In this document: piece after piece, positions 10,082 to 20,000 of the stretch
Numbering within the stretch: position 1 is the stretch's first letter
How the letters are laid out: each line of letters begins with the position of its first letter
Source of the DNA: Mesotaenium endlicherianum
Taxonomy: Eukaryota
Direction: 5' to 3'
Assembly: GCA_009602735.1 (NCBI GenBank)
Contig: WELA01001939.1
Coordinates: forward strand, 687,503 to 707,502
Length of the DNA: 20,000 nt
The notes under the pieces: generated by a model
Database searches by the model: none
The model's input: only the letters and a program-made list of their open reading frames with translations
Told to the model about the DNA's origin: nothing
Program-made: the position numbers and the translations under genes

Positions 10082-13000
10082 TCAGAAGCGCCCCCCCCGT
10101 CCCCCTCTCCACCCCCCTCTCCCTCGCCCCCTGCCCCTCCCCCTCCCCCGCCTGTCGTACTGGCCACTCCCGTACTCCCCAGCAGTTGCGCTTTCCTCGT
10201 CGGCAGAGCCGAAGTTGAACATGCTCTGCTTTAGCTGCTCTGCGGCGCTCAAAGGCCTGCTCCCTCCCGCCTGCGCAGAAATGCAACAAAAAGATCAGGA
10301 AAGGGGGCAGCACAACGATCACTCACTCGGCGGCGCCAACACGAAGCCCTCCTCGCGCTTCGGCCGCATTCGAGCTCGTGCTGGCACAGCCAGCCTCAGC
10401 ACGGTGGGCGGCCTTCTGTGGCATGAAGCTCTCTCGGCAGCGGCAAGACAGGCTTGCCCTGCCGCCCTGGCAAAGCGAACCTTTGCCTGATGATGCAAAG
10501 GTGAACACTCACTGTAACTGCGACCAGCGCAGCGAGCAGAGAGCCTCCCCCTCTTGCCGGGGCCTGACGCCAGCCAAGTGGGAGGGCGGCAGCCCTGGAA
10601 AGTGCGTGCCTAAGCCCTTGAGCTGCAGGACCAGAGCTTAAATTTGAGAAGCCTACCGCACTTGATAGGACTTGAAAGCACCTGAGAGTTTAGACCTAAG
10701 ACTTTATTTCAAGTACTCGGGACCCACGCCTTTGGACCTAAACTGTTGGGACCTGAAGTGTTGGGACCTAAAGTGGTGGAATATAACCCTTCAAGACCTA
10801 AGCCTTGGGACCTTGGAGGCTCGAGGAGGGCGAGAGAATAGAGGGGCCTGTCTCCCGCCCTTGCCAGCAGCGCCCGCGCAGCGCACGCAGCTGCGGGGGG
10901 GCAACCCGGAGCCCCGCCACCTCCGAGGCGACAGCTCACAGGGGCTTCAAGGTATAATCAACCTTGCGCGCAAGCACATTGCTGAGGCGGCACCAATGCA
11001 TGCGCACATCTCCAGAAACTTGAACTCCAAACCCTATATCCACAGATCCGTAAACCCCAAGCCCCCAGCCCGGCGCTCCTAGTATCTACAAGACCCTAGC
11101 CCCACAACCCCGGCCTCGCAGCCCTGGCCCCCAGTCCCTGGCCCCACACTTGCACAAAGCCCTTGTCGTGAGCCCCCCCCAGCCCCTAACAGTTGGCCCA
11201 ACGCTGGAGAGGGGAGGAGAACCGTCCGCATTCGCACCAGAGCGTCCTCCATGTCGAGCTCCCGCTGGAGCTGCCAAGCGAGCTCCTCGTCCGACACGAG
11301 CTCATTCCAGCTGGCATTATCACCACCACCTCCAGCACCAGCACCAGCAGCAGCACCAGCAGCAGCAGCAGCAGCAGCAGAATGCAGCCCTTGCGCATCC
11401 CCTGGAGCGGCACTCGGCCCAGTTGCGCCTCCCCCGCCAGCCGCCCGGGCGGCCTGCCGGGCTTCCCACTCGTCCAGAGTTATGCCCTCAGGCTCCTCCT
11501 CCTCCCCCCTCTTCCCCCGGCCCCTCCCGCGCCTGGCCGCCCACGGCGCGCGTGCGCGCTCGCGCTCGGGGTTGAGCCTGCGCTCCAGAAGCTTCTGAGC
11601 AGCTGCCTTGTTCTGCGGAGGAGGAGGAGGAGAAGGAGCAACCCCCGCCGTTGCCGCCGCCCCCGCCGCTGCTTCCCGCACAGCCTGGTGCCTGGCCTCG
11701 TCCGCGCCCGCGCCCTTGCGCTCTCCGACTCCGCCAGCTGTGCCGATGCCAGCTGTACCGCCACCGCCGCCATCGGCGCAGCGGCCCTCTGCACCGCTGC
11801 CAGCTGCGCCACCTTCGCCGTTGCTGCTGCTAGCTGTGCCCCCGCCGACGTTCCGCCTGCTGCCGGCATCGCCGCTGCTGCCTCCGTCGTGCCTGCTGCT
11901 GCCGTTGTCGCGCCTGCTGGCGCTGTCGCTGCTCCCGGCATCACAGCTGGCCCTCCCAACGGCAGCGTCGGTGGCAGCCTGCGCACTGCCGGTAGCAGCC
12001 ACCCTCCCTGTGGCAGGCGCAGCTGGCAGCCCCCCAGGGGCAGCTGCAGCAGCAGCAGCGGCGGGAGTGGACGGAGGAAGTGGAGAGGAGCTAGCACCGC
12101 TGCCATATCTCTCGTCCGTTGCACGTTCCTCCCGCGTGTCAGCAGCAGCGCCTCCTAGCAATGGAGCGCGGGCCCCATCAGCCCCCTCAGGTCTTGCTTC
12201 TGCATCCTTCCCACCATCGCGGCCCCCCTCCTTCCCCCCCGCCCCCCGCGCTCTCAGCCGGTATGGCTCTGCCCCGGGCCGCACCCGCACTGCAGGCTTG
12301 GGCACCTTCTGCAAGGGCACCCCCTCCCCAGGCTGAGGCCCGGGCTCTCCCAATGTAGGTGATGCGTTGCTGGCCTGCTCCCCTCGCCCCTTACTGTGCT
12401 GACGCCGTGACACGCCGGGCTGGGAGGCAGCAGCAGCAGCAGCAGGCGAGGAGGAGGAGGAGGCGGAGGAGGAAGAAGCAGCAGCTGCTGCTGCCATCCC
12501 TCCCGCCCCGGCTGGGGTGAGGTCCCCGCAGGGCATTGGGATTTTCCCGCGCTGCCCACCCTCACTTCTCCCCTGGGGCGAGCTAAGCTTCCCCATGCTG
12601 GGGGCCACCATGCGTCCAGCTGGCGCGTGCACAGCTGGCGCATGGTGCACAGGTGGCGCCTGGCGCTTGGCAGCAGGGCGGGGATGAGCGCCGCTAGTTC
12701 CAGCAGCAGGTGGAGAGCTGCTCCTCTCGTCCCACCCTCCCCCCCCTTTCTTGGCAGCAGAGCCAACTCCAGCTGTCGCCCCGGCGCTCTCTTCCTCCTC
12801 GCCCCCTGCAGGGTCTATTGAGACACCTACAAAGGGCGGGGGCCCCGAGTTGCCACTTGGCAGCGCGCCGGGGGAGGAGCCTGCCAGCACAGCCCTGGAG
12901 AATACCGCGCGCTTCCGGTCCGTCTCCCAGGCCTCGACAAGTGGCCCCACCCTGCCGCCCAGGACTCTGACGTTCTAGTTGTCCAGTAAGATGATGCCGC

Positions 13001-14926
13001 TTCGCACCGTCGCATCCGTGAGCTCCACCTGTCAGGCGCCAAGGTGAAAGCGCTCGTTGCCTGCCGTCAGAACGCTTCTGTAGTAGGAAATTCTCGTGGT
13101 CCGCACCCTGCTGCCGCGACGACTGGCTTCGAGTGACTGTGCGCGGCCGCGAGTGACCGTGAGTGACTTTGGCTGGTGATAGCTGTGTACTTTTTGTTGT
13201 GTACTTTTTGTTGCCACTTTCAGTCATACCAACTGACGCAGAGGAGAGTGCGCTTCATGCACTACTACGTCCTGACCCTGTTGTGACTGGCTTGGCTCCT
13301 CATGCTCGTACTCGACTGATGCAGCAGGAGGTGCGCTCCCCTCTGCTTGCGTGACGGAACAGACTCTGAGTGACTGCGACTGACTGCGACTGACTGCGAT
13401 TGACTCCGGCTGACTCTGGCTGGCGACACAGACAGAATCACACGACTGTTATCAAACATGCAAGCTTTCCATTCTATCCTTATCGGTAAACTAGTGGTGT
13501 GGTCCAGGCATGGCACTGCCCTTGGAGACAAAGCAGCTGCTGCCAAGTGGCATGCTGTCCTCATAAGGAAATCTAACAGCAGGATGGAGTCGGCAAGGAG
13601 TAGCTTCAACCACCGGAAGCTGACCGAGTCCTTTGAGCAGATGGAATCATTAATGCGGGCACCTGAACGCTTCCGACGGGATAAAGCGATGTGCCAAGAA
13701 CGCTGAAAAAGTGGTCCAAAAAAATACAGTAAACTCCCCCCGTTTACTCCCTCGACTGCGCCTGTGGTTGCCCTCCTAAACCACAATCAGTCATAGCTTT
13801 ACAGATGACATGCGCCTGCGAATACACATGCACGTAAAACATGCACGTGCACATGTGCCTCGTTCACACGCACGTGGACAAGCGAGAACGAGGGAGCAAG
13901 AGCATCAGCACGCGCAATGCAGCCATGCGGCCTGGCGAGCCAGGCCCAGTGATTCTGCCTCGCCTTGTTGACCCGAGCGTGGGAGAAGAGTAGAGAAGTA
14001 CGCAACGGAAGCGAGGGAGGCCATCAGCACGTGCAGCGCAAACAACGCACAAGATAGTCAGGACCGGCGTTTCTCGGACAGCAATCCCCGCCTTGTTGAA
14101 AAGAATGACGATGTAACGAGATGGAGTAGAGGGATAAGAGATGAGATGGGATCAAGCTGCTCACTTTGGTGCCAGGGGGGACGTCACAGCTGAGGAAGGG
14201 AATGTGCTTGTACTCCACTGCTGCGGCTTTGGAGTGCCCATCTGTCAGCTCCACGCGAAGCAGCCTCGTGTGCTTTCTCGTCTCATCCCCAGAAGCAGTG
14301 CTGGGCCTGCTGATGTCAGCGATCGAACAAACCTACCTTGCAAATCACAGGTTGGAAGAAGCGGCCTGAGATAAAGGCAGACCACGCGGATTGAGGTCAA
14401 ATTTGTTTCTTTTGCTAGCGACTGACAGTAGTACCCGTAGGTCGTGAAGTGCTTGCTAGAAGGCGTGAGCTGCTAGAACATGTGTGATCAGCAGGTGCAT
14501 AGTGTCTTCGTCCCCAGCATTGTCCCCAGCAGCCTCTCACGGGGTCAGGATGTGCTTGCACCAAGACCAGCGAAGATGGTGAGAGTAGCATTGCCTCTCA
14601 AAATAAATCAATTCTGGACCCAAGTCCAATCATTTGATCATGAGAAACAGGGGTGGTGACTAGAGGCGAGGCATGGCGACACAACTCACCTGCAGAACGT
14701 GCGTGCCACGGAGCTGCTTAAAAGGCGTCTTATTTATATCATCCGGTAATTGAGGCAAGCCGGTTTGCTTCATATCGCAGTCCAAAAGATGATTCCTGAT
14801 TTGTGTAAGTTCTGCATTTGAGCCTCCAAGTTCTTCAAAAGCCTCATTTAGCACGTTCTCTTTGACAAACCATCCTCCAGATTTTAACGTCTGCATGATG
14901 CGTTCAGCTGACAAGCTCTGAGCCAT
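10082..14926 (-). CDS. Plant-type TDRD3-like protein (DUF1767/RMI1-N OB-fold, long low-complexity linker, ubiquitin-binding-like helix, C-terminal RG/RGG tail); 4 exons, one in-frame TAG at 12975-12977
   Basis: Exon 1 is 14926-14690 (MAQSLS...GGWFVKE...LLDCDMKQTGLPQLPDD...LRGTHVLQ). Exon 2 is 14332-14165 (VCSIADISRP...RLLRVELTDGHSKAAAVEYKHIPFLSCDVPPGTK). Exon 3 is 13028-11238 (VELTDATVRSGIILLDN*NVRVLGGRVGPLVEAW...GPPPF...TLDEWEAR...SDEELAWQLQRELDMEDAL). Exon 4 is 10270-10082 (AGGSRPLSAAEQLKQSMFNFG...RRGRGRGRGRGRGGWRGGRGGRF*). All three introns are phase 0, GT-AG. The motif LTDG...A.EY..IP.L...PPGTK...VLGG.V..L is the RMI1/TDRD3 OB-fold. About 794 codons in total. It may be a recent pseudogene. 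Confidence 0.85.
10734..10779. repeat. 15-bp tandem repeat (3 copies) within a wider degenerate GACCT-rich tract (about 10690-10815) in the last TDRD3-like intron
   Basis: GGACCTAAACTGTTG GGACCTGAAGTGTTG GGACCTAAAGTGGTG G. Confidence 0.75.
11333..11380. repeat. Coding CAG/CAC trinucleotide repeat (poly-Ala/Ala-Gly on the - strand)
   Basis: cagcaccagcaccagcagcagcaccagcagcagcagcagcagcagcag; similar CAG/GAG tracts occur at about 12047-12060 and 12428-12492. Confidence 0.8.
13362..13422. repeat. 10-bp tandem repeat (TGACTGCGAC-like) in intron 2 of the TDRD3-like gene
   Basis: gactctgag tgactgcgac tgactgcgac tgactgcgat tgactccggc tgactctggc tg; related GAGTGAC units occur at 13131-13168. Confidence 0.8.
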
Positions 14927-16697
14927 TTTTTTCGCACTTCACCTGCTAATCTGCCCGCCCTCACTAATATGACTTCGGACTGAGACACAACATTGCCAAT
15001 CCTGACTGAAGGCTGTCACACGCAGCGAAAGTAAGGTTCACTGAAGTCTGTCATAGAATGTGCACCTTCTTTTTGCAGAAAAAAGAGGTGCTGACACATG
15101 TGCTGAGAGTTTGTTCATTCGGACAAAATGCACAGGCCCGAAGTTGTAGCTGATTGTAGAGGCTGTCGATTCCACGAGCTTTTTTTGGAGTCAATTGGTG
15201 GCGCGTACGAACTTTCGAGGTGAAACCACTTCTCTGCACGTCACATACTCATTTTTTGCCCTTCATTTTCCAGCGTATGTCCATTTATATACCCGGAAAC
15301 CACCAGAAACCACAATCTCCCTGACTTTCTTTCGTCACAGGCTGAAGTTGGCTGAAGTGGAAGCTGCATGATGGCAGAAAGGAGTTAGCCCCAGGTTAGC
15401 CCAATCGCTCCCAGAACAGCGCACAGCAGCGCTGCACCAGCGTGCCAAAAACTGCACGACCGTATCATAATCGTACTTTGTGGTCAGAAAGTCAACAACA
15501 TTCTGCCAAGTGGCCCTCAAATGGCCGAACTTTTTCAAGTTTTTTCTTCTTAATCATCGTCTATACAGACTATACTACCAACGAATGACGGGATTGTTTA
15601 GCAGAAAAAAAGTCTCCCCCGCATTTATGAAGTCCAGATGTCAAAGAAGTCTAGGATGATCTTCACCATAATGTTCACCATTCTTAAATTTAGACGGGTC
15701 CTTTGACCTCAATCGTCTTTATTGAGCACTAAAGAGATGCCCGCTGTACAATTGTTGAGGAGGACTAATATCACATTGCATCTTCTGTCTGTTACACGAA
15801 GATATTTGAAGTCATATTAAGCCATCATTGGGGACCGTCAAAACATCACATCTGCTCTGCTTCCTGGTAACATTCTTCACTTTTGACCAGCCGTGTGTCC
15901 TTCACGTCCTGGCTGGATGCGTGAGCTTTATAGCCGGCTGAAGGCGAGCACCTGCGTGTGCTCTTCACGACTGTTAAGAGCAGGCCTGGAGACTGCTTTA
16001 AGAAGAACCGAGTGAGGGCTTGTTCGTTGAACAATGTCGTTAGAACGCGCAGCTTGGTGTGGGGTGTAAATCTTTTTTCTCAAAGCTTGTACTGATTAAA
16101 TAGCGCACAACACTTCGCCTGCAAAGTGCTGGATAAGAGGAGGACCGTGGCTGGTAAGGACCGAAAAGGTCGCATTGTAGTACTCCAACTGTAGGCTGCA
16201 ACGCAACGGGATTTGGTCATAGGCTGATGTTGCTGATATCTATGAGGTCAATTAGTTCCTTGGGAGTATAGGCTCTGATTACGCCCCGTGGTTATGGGAC
16301 CACAAGGCTATGGGAACCCACAAGCTTCAGAACCCAGACAGATTCACACAGAAAAGGCAGGCGCTAGGGAAGGTTGATGGCCCTTTGTTGCAGAAACAGA
16401 GGGCTATGTTATAAACACCACTCTTTTGAAGTATTCAGAGGGGTCCTGTCATAAATGCAGGTCCCTAAGGGAAGTTGGGCTTGTCTCTTGGTCGCATGTA
16501 CTTGCAAGATGTGGAAGAGAGTGCAGGGCAGACTGTTCCACGGTGACTGAAGTTGGTGTGCCTGCTCCCATTCTACGTAAGCAGGGGAACTGGTCATAAT
16601 GAGAGGAACAAGTCGCGGAAGGGCGATAGCCTGACTGGCACTCGCTTGATTCTAGTTACTTAGACGTGAAACAGATAGTTATTGGAGAATGGAGGGA

Positions 16698-16759
16698 GCT
16701 AGAGCAGTCATGAGGGGAAGCTAGAGCAGTCATGAGGGGAAGCTAGAGCAGCCATGAGG
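16698..16759. repeat. 22-bp tandem repeat, about 2.8 copies
   Basis: GCTAGAGCAGTCATGAGGGGAA twice, then GCTAGAGCAGCCATGAGG. Confidence 0.9.
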
Positions 16760-17033
16760 ATTTCTTACTCCCATAGGTTCTGCTGGGCTGCAGCCCGCCT
16801 TACAGAATGAGCCCCCCGGTGTGAAGTGTCCCTGGGCAAACCCCTGTCCTTGCATAATTTCAACTTTTTACCTTTTACCTTCCACCTTTCACCCTTTACT
16901 CTCTCCAGCAACTCGGCACCCCAGCCTCCTGCCCCCCAGCCTCTCCACCGCAGTTTGTGACATCGTTCATGCGAAGGAGGGGGAAGGGGGGGGGGGGAGG
17001 AGTTGCCTACATTGGAGGGCGGACATGGCCTGC

Positions 17034-17293
17034 NNNNNNNNNNNNNNNNNNNNNNNNNNNNNNNNNNNNNNNNNNNNNNNNNNNNNNNNNNNNNNNNNNN
17101 NNNNNNNNNNNNNNNNNNNNNNNNNNNNNNNNNNNNNNNNNNNNNNNNNNNNNNNNNNNNNNNNNNNNNNNNNNNNNNNNNNNNNNNNNNNNNNNNNNNN
17201 NNNNNNNNNNNNNNNNNNNNNNNNNNNNNNNNNNNNNNNNNNNNNNNNNNNNNNNNNNNNNNNNNNNNNNNNNNNNNNNNNNNNNNNNNNNNN
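17034..17293. other. Assembly gap (260 N)
   Basis: Run of N with a G-tract to the left and a C-rich tract to the right. Confidence 0.99.
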
Positions 17294-18128
17294 CCCCGCC
17301 CCTCCCCTTTCCTCCATAAAAAGCCACGTGCAAATTTATTCTCTTCTTCTTGGCATCTGCTCAGGTGAGCTGGCTGGCAGTGCATGGGACACACCTGGCA
17401 CCTCAAGCAGACGACACCTGGCACCTGGCAGGGGGCCAGCGCTTTGGTCCAGGGCGTAGAGGAGGTCAGGCCTGGACCATGCTCTTTGCTCTCCTGAGGC
17501 CTGGGCGAGGTGCATCCCCTGCATGTGAAAACAGTAACCAGCCGCAGCAGCAGCAGCAGTAGCAGCAAACACCCAGCACCCAGTAGCCAGCAGCACTAAG
17601 CATTCACAGGAGCAGCCACAGCTGCAGCAGCAGCAAGCTCCCAGCAGCAGCACGCGTCATTTGAGTCTAAAGCCTCTGGCCTAGAGCCTCCCCACGGTTA
17701 CAGGGCTGCCTGCGGGGTGGGCCTGTTCACACTCAAGAAAGAGGTGGAGAAGGAGCGGAAGGGAAGAGAGGGGGGTCCTTCCGACTTGACACCTGGCACT
17801 TGGCACAGGCTTTTAGGGCGAGAGCCACTCCAAAGCCGAGGATAGAATCCGTACTCCTCAGCAGCTGCGGGCGGGGAGTAGTGTTGAGAAGGCGTCAGCA
17901 GTCAGACAAGCCAACTTAGGCAGAGCCCAGGCCCGGGCTTAGGACCCCTAGAACAGGGCCAAGAAACAGAAAAGAGAAGCTCTAGGAAGTTCACAGAGTT
18001 GAGAGTTGTTTGAGGCATACGATATTTTTGGGAGAAGAGGGAGGTAATCCCAGGTCGTGGTTGCGGCGAGCAGTAGCATAGTGGAGGCCCCTGGCTTTGC
18101 CCTGGGGGGGAATTGACTCCCCCCCCCC

Positions 18129-18660
18129 NNNNNNNNNNNNNNNNNNNNNNNNNNNNNNNNNNNNNNNNNNNNNNNNNNNNNNNNNNNNNNNNNNNNNNNN
18201 NNNNNNNNNNNNNNNNNNNNNNNNNNNNNNNNNNNNNNNNNNNNNNNNNNNNNNNNNNNNNNNNNNNNNNNNNNNNNNNNNNNNNNNNNNNNNNNNNNNN
18301 NNNNNNNNNNNNNNNNNNNNNNNNNNNNNNNNNNNNNNNNNNNNNNNNNNNNNNNNNNNNNNNNNNNNNNNNNNNNNNNNNNNNNNNNNNNNNNNNNNNN
18401 NNNNNNNNNNNNNNNNNNNNNNNNNNNNNNNNNNNNNNNNNNNNNNNNNNNNNNNNNNNNNNNNNNNNNNNNNNNNNNNNNNNNNNNNNNNNNNNNNNNN
18501 NNNNNNNNNNNNNNNNNNNNNNNNNNNNNNNNNNNNNNNNNNNNNNNNNNNNNNNNNNNNNNNNNNNNNNNNNNNNNNNNNNNNNNNNNNNNNNNNNNNN
18601 NNNNNNNNNNNNNNNNNNNNNNNNNNNNNNNNNNNNNNNNNNNNNNNNNNNNNNNNNNNN
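18129..18660. other. Assembly gap (532 N)
   Basis: Run of N flanked by C-tracts. Confidence 0.99.
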
Positions 18661-19802
18661 CCTCTCCCCGCGCTTCCCCCCCTTTTACCCCTCCCCCTGT
18701 ATCGTGGCAAGCCCCTTGGAGCTTTCTGAGGCCGAGATTGCCTGTTGCACAAGACTCCCCTGGAGGACCTCCAACGTCTCCGTCCCTGGGGACTCATCGA
18801 CCGTGAAGAAGAGACATGGTAAGCCTGACGCAGCAGGCCATCGGATGGCGAGCACACACCTGGCGCCTCTCTCGCTCAACTCTGTCCTGTCCTGCCCACC
18901 CACTCCAGCCAGCCTCTGCACTCCCATCCCATCCCATCCTGCCTTGCCCTGCCCTCTTCCAGCCTCTGCAAGATCAATTATCACCCCCCTACCCATCGCA
19001 CCCTCCCTCCTTCCTAGCTTGCCATCTCCCTCCCTCCCTCCCTTTCTCCCTCCCTCCCTCCCTGGCTCTCACTGGACAGCCACTTACGTGCTCCAGGCCT
19101 CCAAAGCCTGCAGTGCAGCAGCAAGAGCATCCTGTGGCCCAGTAGGTGAAGCTGGGCAATATGACGCCTTCCAAAAGTGCCATGAGAGAGAATAAGAGTC
19201 ACAATTGCAGCCTAGCACATTCGATGATACCTCCAATTTGCATTCAAATACACAAAGAACGGGAGAGATGGAGCGGGGAGAGGGATACTCACACTTGCTG
19301 CTGCATGTGTTGACAAGGGATGTAATACATCTGCAGTAAGAAATCTTCAACTACTTCTTGGCTTCGGGACCTACACATAGAGACATAAAAACCAGTGAGT
19401 ATTTTAATAAACATGAAAGAACTCCAGATAAACTTCCAAAACGGTTCAATTTGATGACTAACAACAACCCAATCAAGATGCAAGCAAGACAATGCCAGAG
19501 CGAAGCGGTAACCGAGAGAGCAAAACTTACTGAATGGATAATAGTGAAACGAATGAGGAAAATGGCCTCACTAGGAGGCGGCCTCAGACTTAGTCTCAAA
19601 GGGGCTTTGTATGTGCACAGAAGAAGCAATCGCAAACGATTTCGGCAAACGCGAAAAAGTTGGCGTGCAAATTTGGAAGTTTTCACAGTTCTCGACGCGA
19701 TTCTTCCGACTCACAAAGCTAAACAACCCGACAGTGAAGGCGTCAATTGCACCAAACCGTACCTGGGCGGCGTACACGCGTGAATTTTACTTCGTTCGCT
19801 TA

Positions 19803-19864
19803 GTACGTGCGTATTGGTTCAATACGCTTAATTAAGCGTATGACGGTCGGCCAATACGGCGTAC
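19803..19864. repeat. Nested inverted repeat with a perfect 20-bp palindrome core
   Basis: Core ATACGCTTAA|TTAAGCGTAT (19822-19841). Outer arms are CGTATTGG (19810-19817)/CCAATACG (19851-19858) and GTACG (19803-19807)/CGTAC (19860-19864). Confidence 0.85.
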
Positions 19865-19876
19865 GGCAAAACCCAG

Positions 19877-19964
19877 CTCTCTCTCTCTCTTACCCTCTCA
19901 CTCTCTCTCTCTCTCACCCTCTCTCTCTCTCTCCCTCTCTTGCTCTCTCGCTCTCGCTCTCTCG

Positions 19965-20000
<36 letters not shown>
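19877..20000. repeat. (CT)n microsatellite, imperfect, running off the window end
   Basis: ctctctctct... with interspersed CTCG/CCCT units. Confidence 0.97.

Noticed and set aside
10327..10486. Possible extra cassette exon in the last TDRD3-like intron
   Set aside because: The flanking CAG/GTGAGT sites give 160 nt, which shifts the frame. Direct 11238>10270 splicing already yields the conserved C-terminus.
11150..12978. Multiple long + strand and alternate-frame ORFs overlapping TDRD3-like exon 3
   Set aside because: Shadow ORFs of GC-rich, trinucleotide-repeat coding sequence with no recognisable motifs.
16698..16759. CRISPR-like array (also considered for 19-71 and 10734-10779)
   Set aside because: These are head-to-tail tandem repeats without unique spacers, in a eukaryotic context with no cas genes.
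15846..19530. Minus-strand multi-exon gene with additional in-frame TGA codons
   Set aside because: Exon chains could be assembled in several frames but none matched a known family. The stops therefore cannot be taken as evidence of recoding.

Overview
Eukaryotic nuclear DNA from a green plant lineage, probably a streptophyte alga or early-diverging plant. This is inferred from the plastid-targeted TL19, the plant-type TENA_E and TDRD3-like genes, and GT-AG introns. It is a draft assembly with three N-gaps. Four spliced genes can be reconstructed by hand: the 5' part of a TenA/THI-4 (TENA_E-like) gene (- strand), a complete thylakoid lumenal 19 kDa PsbP-fold gene (-), a complete 97-aa acylphosphatase (+), and a plant-type TDRD3/RMI1-N OB-fold gene (-). 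The most striking observation is a single in-frame TAG (12975-12977) inside the conserved OB-fold of the TDRD3-like gene, while the rest of the frame and its C-terminal motifs remain intact. The last 5 kb contain several good splice signals but no recognisable protein, plus short tandem repeats, a nested palindrome and a (CT)n microsatellite. Family assignments come from recalled motifs, not from database searches.
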